This document shows positions 12,452 through 25,613 of a DNA stretch of 64,000 nucleotides, in pieces. Positions within the stretch are counted from its first letter, which is position 1. The number at the start of each line of letters is the position of its first letter. The notes under the pieces are model-generated. The model made no database searches. It saw only the letters and a program-made list of their open reading frames with translations, and was not told where the DNA came from. Source of the DNA: Torpedo marmorata (lineage: Eukaryota); NCBI GenBank assembly GCA_977017645.1, contig OZ360223.1, forward strand, positions 179,614,001 to 179,678,000, read 5' to 3'. The translations under genes and the position numbers were made by a program.

Positions 12452-15180
12452 TAGTTTAGAAAATAATTAGAAAGTAAAATAAAAAATACTTGAAGCCTTT
12501 GAGCTTCCGATTTTGGCATTAATAGAACTGACAGCACAAAAAGTACTATACAGGAAAGATGATCTAAATATTAATTGGTAATTGCAAAGCAAAAACGAGG
12601 GAAGACTGTGAATAGAAAATATAGGGAATCAAATTACTCCAGATGGTTTTAGCACCGATTAAAAGATTCTAAATGTCAAAAGAAATGCCTTTTGTATTAT
12701 ATGTATGATCTTTTCAAAATTAACTATCTGCAATATTTCCTTGTAAAAATGCTTGACCCTAAATGGTTTGAGTTTCCTTTTTTGGGGAAAAGGACTTTGC
12801 GGCCAAAAGTCAACAAGCAAGAGTAGAGATTTTGTCCTTGAAGTTTAATGGTATATTTAAATTAAAGAGTACTCTTTTTATCTTCACTAAAGAAGTATTT
12901 GGGTGCTATTGATGCCAAGCCAAGGAAAGGCATGTCTGCTCACAACTGGCATTGAATAGCACTTACTAAAAAGTGCATTTGTGAGTACATACACACAAGT
13001 TTTGTACTTGCATGCACTTTCTTGTATATCAAGGGAGACAAAGTGAGAACAGACTCTTAGATAAAACAGGATACCTGCCCTCAGGGATACAGGTCGCCAG
13101 AGAGGGAGCGAGAGATATACATCCTAACCAGGAAGACATAATAGAAGGTAATCAATATAAAGATCCATGTACATGAATACCAGCTACTTTAGAAACAGAA
13201 AGCATGCACTGGAGGCTGCCTTTGGAGAAGAGGAACAAAGTGAGGTGAGAATATCAAAACAATCCAAAGGAAATAAATAAACTTTCAAGGGGATAGAATA
13301 CTCAGAAACTTCAGAGTTGCAGAAAAAAGACTGATGTAACTGTATATGTCAGAGTAGACTTACAAATACTTCGAAGATTTAGCTTGGGTATAAAATTAAT
13401 TTGCTGCCTGCCATGTTTTGTGACAGTTGATTTATGGGGAGATAATGGGGTAATGTTACAACAGCATAAGCCTCAATTACATAGAATGGTCCATGAAAAT
13501 TAGGCAGAATTGCACAATGAACCAAGAGTATTAAAATTAATAAGAAGTTATTTTATTCCCTTTGTTAATTGATGGAGGAAAATTGGGCAGGTCACCCAAC
13601 AAAATCCATGGGATGATTTGGGTAAAACATTGATTGATCTATCCATTTTTTCTCTCCAGATTTTCTTATCAATTGAAGTCAAAGATAATGAAAATGAACA
13701 GATAGCAGATTTTCTTAAAATCTAGTTGCTAGATTACTGAAATTTATCATGCTAATAATACTAACATAATGTAAAATCAAAGTTAAGAACAATCTTGCTC
13801 CATTTATTTTTAATAGTTGTAGACAACAAATCCAATAAAGCTGTCAGTGTAAGCTTTCATTTTATATCTAAAGGTCAGATCTGCTCGACCTCTATTAACA
13901 GATGAGAACATTCTGCTCTACTTCTCTTAAGTTGACAGTGATGAAGTTTCAACTGGAAGTAGCATTGCTTTATTTAAATTGATCTTTACAAATTACAGCT
14001 AATAAGCACAGTTAACATTTTCCAACACTTTTAATAACTTGCTTCTGAGTTTTCCAAATATTTTATATGTGACTATATATATTAATGCAATAGTTTTAGA
14101 GACTTCCAAATTAGAAATACTGATTTTACACAAAAATCACATTGGGTCCAAAGTGTAACGTATCAATGAAGATAGATTGACTTTATTATTTACAGGAAGG
14201 AATTTCATTTTCCTTGTGCTTAGATGATGGGACATGAGGTTACAAGTTGTAGCATTTGCAAATGTGTTGATGAAGCTGTTGAATGCACACTCTCACACGG
14301 GCAACCTGACTGGCATACCTCATTTTACTCAACTCTGAATCCTTCTGTATTTCTTCAAGTGTAACTTACTATAATTTCCTTAGGATCCAGACATAATACT
14401 GACATGGAATTCAGGAAAATGCAGTCTGTTTGAAATAAAATCATGCTGGTGGTAATGGCATGGTCACATCAAAAGGACAACCTGTAAACCTCAGAAGGAA
14501 AACTTGACAAGTTTCAAATATAAATCAAAGCTCAGAAGGTAGTACGTGTAAAATGGTGTAAAAGAGGATGGCAGGCTATACACAGCTTGGTTATATCAGT
14601 ATATTATGTGACCATGATAAAATGCAGTGTGTTCAACACATGTCTGGGTGAGTACATTTTTTTTCTGCACCATTATTATTGTAGGGTAGATGAAAGAGAT
14701 AGTAACAAAACAAGGCTGTTTGTGAATTCGACAAAGCTGAATTTACCAAGGAGCACAAATTGATTTACCTCTTCAGCATGAGTTAACCTGGTAGTACCTC
14801 AGATGACAATTGATGTCCCATTCAGTGAAATTGTTGAAATGCTGCAGAGCCATTTTAACCCAGCACCATCGGAAATCTATGAGAACCATAAATTTTGTAC
14901 TTTCTGCTAAAACCGTGAAGAAACAATCAGTGACTATATGATGTAAAACACGAAAATCTGTAGACACCATGGTTGAAGTAAAAAACACAAATGCTGGAGA
15001 AACTCAGCAGGTCAAACAGTGTATTTTATGCAGCAAAGGTAGAAATACATAACCGACGTTTTGGGCTTGAGGTCTTCATCAAAGTATGAGAAAATGCTGG
15101 CAGGCGTCCGAACAAAAGAGTGAGGGGGGGAGGGGGGATGGCAAAGGCAGGAGATGATAGGTGGAGAAAGGAGGGAGGGG

Positions 15181-15398
15181 ACTCTTTTGTTCGGACCCCT
15201 TCCCCCCTCACTCTTTTGTTCGGCCCCTTCCCCCCTCACTCTTTTGTTCGGACCCCTTCCCCCCTCACTCTTTTGTTCGGACCCCTTCCCCCCTCACTCT
15301 TTTGTTCGGACCCCTTCCCCCCTCACTCTTTTGTTCGGACCCTTTCCCTCCTCACTCTTTTGTTCGGACCCCTTCCCCCCTCACTCTTTTGTTCGGAC
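15181..15398 (+). repeat. 29-bp minisatellite CTCACTCTTTTGTTCGGACCCCTTCCCCC, about 7.5 copies
   Basis: Tandem units directly visible. Confidence 0.95.
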
Positions 15399-15520
15399 AT
15401 CCCTCCTCCCCCTCTTTGCTGCTGTCCCCTCCCTCCTTTCTCCACCTATCATCTCCTGCCTTTGCCACCCCCCCCCCTTCCCCCCTCACACTTTTGTTCG
15501 GACGCTTGCCAGCATTTTCT

Positions 15521-15565
15521 CATACTTTGATGAAGGGCTCAAGCCCGAAACGTCGGTTATGTATT
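15521..15565 (+). ncRNA. minimal type I hammerhead ribozyme-like motif (variant core)
   Basis: TTGATGA-A-GGGC-TCAA-GCCC-GAAAC-GTCG-GTT; C3 replaced by U; imperfect stem I. Confidence 0.5.
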
Positions 15566-15789
15566 TCTACCTTTGCTACATAAAAGACACTGTTTGACCT
15601 GCTGAGTTTCTCCAGCATTTGTGTTTTTTACAGTGACTATATGATGTTGAGTGAAATAATTTGGCACACCACTACAATTTTAGGACAAGTACATTTTGAC
15701 AATATCCTTTCAAACACGAGATTGAAAAATGCAAACATATTTCAATGTACATAGATTGTGAATGTACATAAAGCATATCCTATAATTTA

Positions 15790-16285
15790 TGTCAATTTTT
15801 ACCCTTGAAAAAAGACTTTGACTGTCTATCCTATCTATGCCTCTCATAGCTTTATAAACTTTTATCAGGTCTCCCCTCAGCCTTAGACAGTCCAGAGAAA
15901 ACAACCCAAGTTTGTCCAATCTCACCGTATACTCTAATCCTGGCAGCATCCTGGTAAATTTCTTCTATACGCTTTACAAAGCCTCCACATCTTTTCTGTA
16001 ATGGGGCAAACAGACTTGTACAATACTCCAAGTGCAGCCTAACCAAAGCTTTATATGGCTGCAACGTGACTTCCTTACTCTTATACTCAATGCCCCAAAC
16101 GATGAAGGCAAGAACGCTATATAGATTTTTTAACCCCTTTCTGCCAGCATGGCCACTTTCAGGGAGCTATGAACCTGGGTTCCCCAGATCACTCTGCACA
16201 TAAATACTGTTGAGTCCTGCCATTAATTGTATTCTTTCCTCTTACATTTAACTTCTCAATGTGCAATTCCTCACATTTGTCCAGA
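15790..16285 (-). mobile_element. degraded CR1 3' fragment
   Basis: YKALVRLHLEYC and RLRGDLIKVYK peptides. Confidence 0.85.
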
Positions 16286-16760
16286 CTTCAAGAGTTTAAC
16301 TTTAGAATGATCTTTAACTTATCTTTAACCTTTACTACCGGGATGACAATTCATATTTATGAGAGTTTACTAGCCTTTGCTGGACTTCTTATCTCACCAC
16401 ATTTATAATATAGAACATCAGACAATCCAAATGGTCTCTCAAGGCTCCTGAATGATAAGACAAAAAAAAATTTGGATAATAATGTCTTTACATTACAGGT
16501 TGTCAATGAGTCAGGTGTAAATCTGAAACATTTCACCAATGAAGCATGTTTTTTTTCTACAAATCACAGATGTGTCAAATGGGGACAGTTTCAAGGGGCA
16601 CATGAAGGGAGTTTTCCACAGATTGGAAACAACGTTGATGAAATAGTGAACATGCACAGTATAATTGTCAGAATTACACAGTACAGTCTCTGAGATCACC
16701 TGTCCAATGTGTATTGACCATTGAGATGGGAACAGAAAAACTCTTAATTCCAGTGGACTG

Positions 16761-17617
16761 TGTTATGGACCATGACTGACCATTTGGACTGCGGACAGTC
16801 AGCAGGAAGGATGAAGTCTTTTGGAGTACACACTGGGACCAGGTACTTGCCCAGGACTTGGTGTACTCACAGAGAGAAAGAGAGACCAGAGAGAGACAGG
16901 CTGTGGAAAAGATACTTTGTTGCACTTTTGCAAAAGCAGGTGCAAACCTCTGCAAAAAGCAGGCAGTTTGGAGTTGCAAAGGCTAGACAACACAGCAAAA
17001 TCCAGGCTTGTGCATCCCAGGGAAAAAGGCTGGGAGAATAGTACATGGCCTCCTGTCTCAGCAAAATCCTGAGTTAAAAGCAACTTTTGTGGAGAACAGG
17101 CGTGAGATCAGCGAGACCAGCTGTGAGATCCAAGTACACGCCTCAATCAGTGGTATACTGATTTGGAGTCGCAATCCTCGTGAATCTCTACCAAAAGGGA
17201 AAGTCATCAGAGAAGAAAAACAAGCCAAGTATTCGTAAGCATAAACAGTCATTGTCTCTCTCCAACGTCCATTAAGAAATCCTTCTACCAGCACACAGAG
17301 CTGAATTGGGAACCTGAACTTAGAGAGTGAATTTTTGTGGACTGTATTATTTTTTTTGACTGACTTGTTTTTTATGACTGACCTGGGGTTTTTGGGGAAA
17401 GTTTTTCCATTTTTACATGAGGGTTAGGCACAGACTGTAATGGTTAGGTTTTACACACACACACACACACCTTTTAGATAAGAATAGTGTTTATAGACGT
17501 TTATAGTGGGGTTAATTGTTGTGCAATTATAGGTTTAATTGTCTTTAATAAATATAAATTTCAATTTTACCCCTTTTGCATTGCGTCTTCTGTCGTTGCT
17601 GGTTAGAATTTGTAACA
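16761..17617 (+). repeat. 5' LTR of the Gmr1-type element
   Basis: TGTTATGG...TGTAACA, highly similar to 29299-30187. Confidence 0.96.
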
Positions 17618-17621
17618 AAAT

Positions 17622-17644
17622 TGGGGGCTCATCCGGGATTTGAA
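17622..17644 (+). promoter_or_regulatory. primer binding site, tRNA-Pro
   Basis: TGGGGGCTCATCCGGGATTTGAA differs by one base from the complement of the tRNA-Pro 3' end (TGGGGGCTCGTCCGGGATTTGAA). Confidence 0.92.
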
Positions 17645-17859
17645 CTAAAAATCCATCTTGGTAATTGAAGGAATCCCAGTTTGGTTTAAGACATTCCTTT
17701 TGTAAAGCTAATTAAAAGCTAGTGTGTGTGTAATGAAAAACCAGCAACAATGGATGTACGTAAATTTTTGGAATCACCTGAACCTGATACTTTTAAAAAG
17801 GTGAAAAAGGAACAGTTAGTTGCTATAGCAACAGGGTTGGGCATTGCTTCTGTAAAATC

Positions 17860-20800
17860 TTTTTTTTTTTTTAAATATTTTATTAAAAATTTTTAAATCA
17901 CACAATACATAGTTTAAAATACAAAATTATCAGATTACATGTGATACATTTTCACCCCCCCTCCCTCCCTCCCTCCCTCCCCTCCCTAACCCTCCCGAAA
18001 AGAAAGAAAGAAAAAGAAAAAAGATAAAGTAAGGAGAATGTCACTCTAAAAAAGAACAACTATAAACTAATTTTATTGTGGAATACAGGTTCGCCAATCA
18101 GATCCAATATTCAGAGATCTTCAAATCCTTAACCCAACAGATTTTATATATGGGCTCCATATTTTCAAAAAGAAATGATATTTATTACGTAAATTATAAG
18201 TAATTTTTTTCAAGTGGTATACATGAACGAAGTTCTGCATGCCATCTTTCTAACCCGAAATCTACATCAGATTTCCATGTAATAGCAATGCATTTCTCTG
18301 AAACAGCTAAAGCAATACACAAAAATTCTGTTTGATACATATTTAATTTCATCTTAACACTAATTTTTTTAATATCTCCAAACAAAAATATAATAGGATC
18401 CATAGGGAGTGTAATTTTTAATACTTTATCTAAAAACTTTGGAACTTTCAACCAAAAATCATATATCGTTGGACAAAACCATGTAGAATGTACAAAAGAA
18501 CCTTCCTCTCTATTACATCTAAAGCATAAACCGGATAATGTCGGATTAAATTTCTTAAGTTTTTTAGGTGTTAAATATAATTGATGAAAAAAGTTATATT
18601 GCACTAATCTATATCTAACATTAATAATCTTCGTCATACTTTGTTTACATCATTCTTTCCAGTGTTCTTCATCTATTGTTACATTCAAATCTGATTCCCA
18701 ATTTAATCTTGATTTATGAATTCCAAGTTTAGGCATTTTCCTCTGTAACAATCTATACATTTGAGAAATAAATTTATTTACACCTCCATTAGTAACTAAT
18801 AATTCCAATTCACTCTGTCTTGGTAGAATCAAACTATAGCCCAACCTTTCAACTAAAAATGCTCTAATTTGATAATAAGCAAAAAGTGTATTATTTGATA
18901 CATTAAACTTATCTTTCATTCTTTGAAAAGTAATAAATTTACTAGCTTCAAAACAATCATTTATTTTCTTAATTCTCTTTTGGAACCAAATTTTAAATAA
19001 TTGATTATCAACAGTAAATGGAATAAGTTTATTTTGATACAGAGGCATTTTTCGAGAGATTAACCCTTTCGCTCCTATGTCTCTATCCATTCTATTCCAT
19101 ATTTCTAACAAATGTCTAAAAATAGGAGAATTTTTCCCTCTTGTTAATAATAATTTAGAATTCCATTTATAAATAACTTCTTCTTTCAAATTTTCTCCTA
19201 TATTATTTAATTCTATTCTAATCCAAGCAGAAGATTTCCCTAAATCAAACATTTCATTAATAAATTTTAATTGGGCTGCTTTATAATAATATTGAAAATT
19301 AGGAAGTTGTAACCCACCCATTTCATAATTCCAAGTTAATTTTTCCATACCTACTCTAGCCAACTTTCCTTTCCACATGAATTTCCTAATAATTAAATTT
19401 AAATCTATAAAGAATTTTTGAGGGATTTCATAAGGAATTGATTGAAAAAGATAATGAATTCTCGGAAAAACGTTCATTTTAATACAATTTACCCTTCCCA
19501 TTAAAGTTATAGGTAAGTCCTTCCAACTTTCTAAATCCTTTTTAATATTCATAAATAATGGTAGATAATTTAATTTATATAGATTAGATAATTTTGTATC
19601 AATCTTTATTACCAAATATTTAATTCCTTCGTTTGACCATTTAAATTGTGTAATTTCTTTACATTTATTATAATCTCCTTGTGTCAATGCCATAATTTCA
19701 CTTTTATCAGAATTAATCTTATAACCTGATATTTCCCCATATTCTCTCAATAAAACAGTCAATTGCATTAACGAAATAATAGGTTTTGTCATATAAATCA
19801 ATACATCATCTGCAAATAAACTGATTTTATGCTCTTCATTACCAACTTTAATACCTGCAATCTTAATATCCTGTCTAATTAATTCTGCTAAAGGTTCTAT
19901 AGCTAAAGTAAACAATACTGGCGATAAAGGACAACCTTGTCTGGTTGACCTAGTCAAAGAAAATTTTGAAGAAATTTGTCCATTTGTGACCACTCTAGCA
20001 GATGATTCTTTATATATACTTTTAATCCAATTAATAAATGTAGTTCCAAAACCAAATTTTTCCAGTACCTTAAATAAATAATTCGACTCTTTTTTTTTTT
20101 TTCGTGCACTATTTTTAAAAAAAAATATTTTATTTAAAATTTTTAAATCACACAATACACAGTTTAAAACGCAAATTTCTCAAATTACATGTGATACATT
20201 TTCACCCCCCCCTCCCTCCCTCCCTCCCTCCCCTCCCTAACCCTCCCGAAAAGAAAGAAAGAAGAAGAAAAGGATAGAGTAAGGAGAATGTCAATCTAAA
20301 AAGAACAACTATAAACTGATCTTATTGTGGAGGATAGGCTCGCCAGCCAGAACCGATGTCCAGAGATCTTCAAATCCTTAAACCCACAATTTTTATATAT
20401 GGGCTCCATACTTCCAAAAAGAAATGATACTTATCACGTAAATTATATGTAATTTTTTCAAGTGGTATGCATGAACGCAATTCTGCGTGCCATCTATCAA
20501 AAGCCTTTTCAGCATCTAATGTTAATACTAATGCTAATTCCTCTCTCTTTTGTGCCACATTTGTTAAACTAATTAATCTAGCTATATTATCTTTTGAATA
20601 TCTGTTCTTAATAAAACCTGCTTGATCTACATGAATTAAATCTGGTAAATATTTAGCCACTCTATTTGCTAAAATCTTTGCCATTATCTTATAGTCCACA
20701 TTTAGCTACAAAATTGGTCTATATGATTCTGTTTTCAACGGATCTCTATCTTTTTTTGGTATAACTGTTATTATTGCATTTGAAAAGGTTTCCGGTAGAA

Positions 20801-23800
20801 AATGAGTTTCCGTTATTTGTTTTAACACCTCCATATAAGGAGGTATCAATAAATCCTTAAATTCCTTATAAAATTCTGATGGGAAACCATCCTCCGCCGG
20901 TGATTTTCCACTAGTTAAAGAACTAAGAACCTCATTAACTTCTCTCATCGTAAATGGTGAATCTAAAAATTCTTTACCATAAACATTTAACCTCGGCATC
21001 GTAATTTTGGATAAAATTCATTAATTTTAGAATCATCTTTATCAGTTTGAGATTTATATAAATTTAAATAAAAATCCTTAAAAGAATCATTTATTTCTCG
21101 TGGTTAATAAGTTATTTTCTTAGATTTCTTTTTTATAGCTGTTATAGTTCTAGAAGTTTGTTTTTTCTTTAATTGCCAGGCTAAGACTTTATGAGCTCTT
21201 TCTCCCAATTCATAATACCTTTGCTTAGTTCTTTCAATTAATTTTTCCATTTTATATGTTTGTAACGTATTATAATATAATTTTTTCTCTTTTAAATTTC
21301 TCCTCTTTTCTTCTGATCTCTTTTTTTGCAAATCTTTCTCCAAAAACTCAATCTCCTTCTCCAAATTATCCAATTCCTGAGTATATTCCTTCTTAATTTT
21401 TTCTGAATAACTTATTATTTGACATCTTAAATAGGCTTTCAAAGCTTCCCAAATAATAAATTTATTATCAATGGAGTCAGAATTATTCTGTAAAAATTCC
21501 TGAATTTCTCTTCTTATATAATCACAAAAATCTATTCTTTTCAATAAAGAAGAATTAAATCTCCATCTATATATATATTTTTATTTTTCTGTGATTATAC
21601 ATGACATTAATAGAGGCGAATGATCAGAAATTATTCTTGCCTTATATTGCGCTTGGGTCACCCTATCTTCTAATTGCGATGACAGTAAAAACATATCTAT
21701 TCTAGAATAAGAATCATGTCCAAAGGAATAAAAAGAATAATCTTTTTCTCTCGGATTTAACTTCCTCCAAATATCAATTAAATTTAAATCGTTCATCATA
21801 GTAAGAATTCGTTTAGCAATTTTAGTTCTAATAGTTGATTTCGATGTTTTATCCATTACTGGATCTAAACAATAGTTGAAATCACCACTAATTAAAATAT
21901 TATCATTTGCTTCTGATAAATGCATAAAGGAATCTTGGATAAACTGTTCATCTTGCATATTCGGCACATATATATTCATAAGAGTCCACATTTCTGAATA
22001 TATCTGGCAGTTTATTAAAACATATCTTCCTGACACATTTGTAACTACCGATTGTATTTTAAAAGGTAACTTCTTATTAATTAATATAGCAACTCCTTTT
22101 GCTTTAGAATTAAATGAAGATGCAACCACTTGACCAACCCATTCTCTTTTCAATTTCTGGTGTTCTAAATCTGTCAAATGAGTCTCTTGTAAAAAAGCTA
22201 TATCTACATTCAACTTTTTAATATATGCTAAGGTTTTCTTCCTTTTAATCGGATTATTTAGCCCATTTATATTAATACTAACTACATTTATTAATTTACT
22301 ATCCACCATTTCTAATATTTAATAACTCTCTCTCCATCAGATCCGCTGGCTCCCCCTTCCACATTTGTAATCCATTTGACATCTCCTTAGAAAGAAAAAG
22401 AAAAAAATATATAAAAGAAAAATAAAAAACTAAAAAGCCCACTATATATAATACTGGTATATTTACACCAGTACTACCACCCTCCATTGCTCGGGAAGTG
22501 GCCCTCGCCACTAAGATGACGCATGACTAGGTACGGAGAAGACAAAAAGTCCACCTCCCCCCAAACAGATTTTCCAAAAATATTTGTTATCTTTTCTTCA
22601 CCAGCTTCTTCAAGATCTTTATTAGCTTGATTCTCATCGATTACGAACACATTTTCTTGTCCTGAAACTCTTGGTGAAAGCAAATCCTGAGTCGGTAGAG
22701 TAACTTGGTATTGTCCCAAAAAATCTTGATCTTTCTTTAATTCTGGAAGTAAATTTGCATGCTGTAAAGCTTCTTGATGATCAGTGAAAAAAAATGATTG
22801 GTTATCTGCAGACTGAACCTTCAATATCGCAGGATATCTAAATGAAAATTTATGTCCTTTACCCCACAAAACTGCTTTCGCCGGATTAAATTCTTTTCGC
22901 TTTTTTATTATTGCCGTACTCAAATCGGCATAAATCCTGATATCTAAGACATCTAATTAAAACTGAACGTGGGTTTTGATCCGGATAAGGTTTTCTCCTA
23001 CTATCTCTATGAGCTCTATCTAGTGCAAATCCATCTGGAAAATGATCAATACCCAAAATGTCTGGAATCCATTTTTGAAAAAATATAGTTGGATTCATCC
23101 CTTCAAAATCTTCAGGCAATCCCACAATTTTAACATTATTTCTCTGACTCTGATTCTCCAATACATCTATTTTTTGTAAAAGTTAATTTCTTTATAGCTC
23201 CCAACCTGTAAATGAATCTTCCACTTTATCCACTCTATCTTTGCAGTCCACCATTTCTTCATAGTGTTCTTTAACATCCTTTTCAATTTTTTGGACGTTC
23301 AATGTTACTTTATCCACAATATTTGTATATTTTTTCATACATTGTTTAATATCTTTCATTTCTTCCTTAACTTCTTAAAATCCATGTTGCATACGTTGAT
23401 TCAATATTGACATTTGTTTTGCTATTTTATCCATAGCCTGAATAAAAGTCATTGATAATTCTTATTTACCTTGAAATATTTGAGCCTCCTCTTCACCACT
23501 TATTTCTTCCTGCTCCTCTCCCTCCATCTCTTGTCTCCCTTCTTCCAATTCTTGATATATTTCTTCCTCTCTTCTTTTTACTTCTGAATCTGTTGACGAT
23601 GTTAATTCTTGTCCAGCTTCATAATGATATAATTGGGAAGCTTTCCCTCTGCTGTCAGCTTTGGCTGACAGTTCGCGATCTTCATCGTGCATGCGCAGTC
23701 GTTCCGTCGGTAGTTGTAGTTTCTTAGTCTTTCTTCGAGCACCAGCGCCATCTTCTCCAGCTCCCCGGGAGGACAGCGCTGGTGCTGCAGTTACCTTCAC

Positions 23801-24067
23801 CGTTCTTGTCTGCATCTTCCTCGGAGGGAGAGGAACCTGATCCCGGGGCTCCATCGTTAAGGTAGGCCGATCTTCCGCTTGAATTGAACTTTCTTTAAAC
23901 ACTGTTTTCTTTAACTTTTGCTCCTTCGTTCTTCTAGTGGACATCCTTCAATCCTTAATAAACAACTTAGCTTTTTTTTAAATAACTAAATAAGTATTTT
24001 TTTCAGGTTTTAATTAGTTCTGTAGGGAGAGGTGTATTTTCACGTCTCCAGCCTACGCCATCACACC
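17860..24067 (-). mobile_element. full-length L1/Tx1-clade LINE nested in Gmr1 gag; ORF1 about 23944-22474 and ORF2 about 22309-18119, both disrupted
   Basis: 10-bp TSD CTGTAAAATC at 17850-59 and 24068-77; poly-A; ENQSQRNNVKIVGLPE (ORF1), LQETH, SDH, TRQGCPLSP, LFADD, CFRC..H..C. Confidence 0.95.
20090..20492 (-). mobile_element. short 5'-truncated L1 of the same family inserted in the RT of the host L1
   Basis: Second poly-T and 3' UTR like 17860-18240; interrupts AEKAFDR|LEWN. Confidence 0.9.
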
Positions 24068-25613
24068 CTGTAAAATCATTTATAAAAAAGGCAAAGATTG
24101 GGAGAAAAATTGTCAAATACTATATAAAATAAAAAAAGTTTGAGGAGAGCGTGTTAGAGCAGTTTCCCAAGGGTAAACCTTCTGAAAACATACAGTTGGA
24201 AATAAAGAAATTGGAATTGGAGGCAGCCAGGGAACAAAAGAAATTAGAATTGGAGGCAGACAGGGAACAAAAGAAATTGGAATTGGAACAAAAGAGATTA
24301 GACTGAGAGAACGAGGAGAAAAATAGGATATATATGCTGGAAAAGATAAAGTTGGAAACTGAGAGGAGACAAGAAGAGCATCAAGATCAAATTTGTCATC
24401 CTGTTGAGGGGTTTTTAGCTAGTAGAGAAGTTAGGTTGGTTCCTCCATTTGAGGAGGCAGAAATAGATAAGTACTTCCAACATTTTGAGAAGGTGGCTGT
24501 GAAATTAAAATGGCCACAAGACCAATGATCTCTTATGTTACAAAGTGTAATAAAAGGAAAAGCTCAGCAAGCTTATTGTTCTCTTACCACAGAGCAAGCT
24601 GCTGATTATGAAACGGTGAAGAAGGCTATACTCCAGGCTTATGAGTTAGTTCCAGAGGCTTATAGACAGAAGCTTAGAAATTTAAAAAGATCAGCAAAGC
24701 AATCTTACACAGTTTGCCTATGAATAGGTTGTGTGTTTTGACCGGTGGTGCACATCTAAAGCGGTAAACAATTATTACAATCAATTGAGAGAATTGATAA
24801 TAATCGAGGAGATAAAAAGGTGTGTTCCTGAGGATATTAAGGCATACTTAGATGAAAAGGAGGTGAAAACTTGGCAAAATTCAGCTAAGTTAGCAGATGA
24901 ATATGATTTAACCCACAAGCCTAAGTGGACGTCAGGTAGAATTTTCCAAAAGGTCACTGTGCATAATCCCAAGCAAGTGGAAAGTAAATTTGGAAGTGGT
25001 GTTAACGAAAGGGATGAAGGAAAGTGGAAAAGGGAAAACCCTTCGGGTCCCATTTGCCACCACTGTAGGAAGGCTGGTCATATGCTAGCAAGTTGTCCAG
25101 TGTGAAAAAGAAGAGAGAAAAGGATGCAACACCTAATGCTTGTATTCAGAGTGAGAAGAGGTATAACACCCAGGAAGGAGATAAATTTACTGACAAAGTT
25201 AGAGATGTATTTAAGCCTTTTGTGACTGATGGTTTTGTTTCAGTTAAGGCAGGATCAAAACAAGCTCCAGTGAAAATCTTGCGAATACTGGAGCTGCTCA
25301 GTCACTTGTGTTAGATAGTGTCTTGGAATTTTGTGAAGCTACTGACACCGGTGACATAAATTTAATTAAAGGAATTGGGGGTGTTGTTGAGTCCATTCCT
25401 TTGCACAAAATAGTGTTGGACTCAGACTTGGTGGAAGGACCTGTTATAATAGGAGTGAGATCAGAGTTGCCAGTAGAAGGAGTCTCACTGTTGCTAGGCA
25501 ATAACTTGGCTAAGGGTAAAGTAGTTCCTACAGTGCGAATGACCACTAAGCCAGTCATTGATAAGTCATAGAAAGACGCTGATATTTATCTGGCATGAGC
25601 CATAACCAGGGGC

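Larger units (their letters stand above)
14945..15630. mobile_element. Penelope-like non-autonomous insert with inverted arms
   Basis: 17-bp TSD CAGTGACTATATGATGT at 14928-14944 and 15631-15647; about 14980-15180 is the reverse complement of about 15425-15630; hammerhead-like motif in each arm. Confidence 0.7.
14700..16760 (+). mobile_element. possible very old Gypsy remnant hosting later insertions, perhaps resuming after 30187
   Basis: Gag-like peptide LQSHFNPAPSEIYENHKF near 14841-14895; otherwise heavily decayed. Confidence 0.3.
17750..25571 (+). pseudogene. Gmr1 gag (coiled coil, SCAN-like capsid, CCHC) plus protease, split by the L1 and by stops/frameshifts
   Basis: MDVRKFLESP.. at 17750, resumes after 24077; LRELIIIEEI..AKLADEY; CHHCRKAGHMLASC; LLLGNNLA. 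Confidence 0.88.

Noticed and set aside
13645-13725. Strong splice-acceptor-like site
   Set aside because: The longest frame ends in a stop with no convincing donor
15120-15597. Three overlapping repetitive ORFs; array superficially CRISPR-like
   Set aside because: Products of a 29-bp tandem repeat with no unique spacers, in eukaryotic DNA
16674-17294. ORFs duplicated at 29320-29847
   Set aside because: They lie within the two LTRs, which explains the duplication
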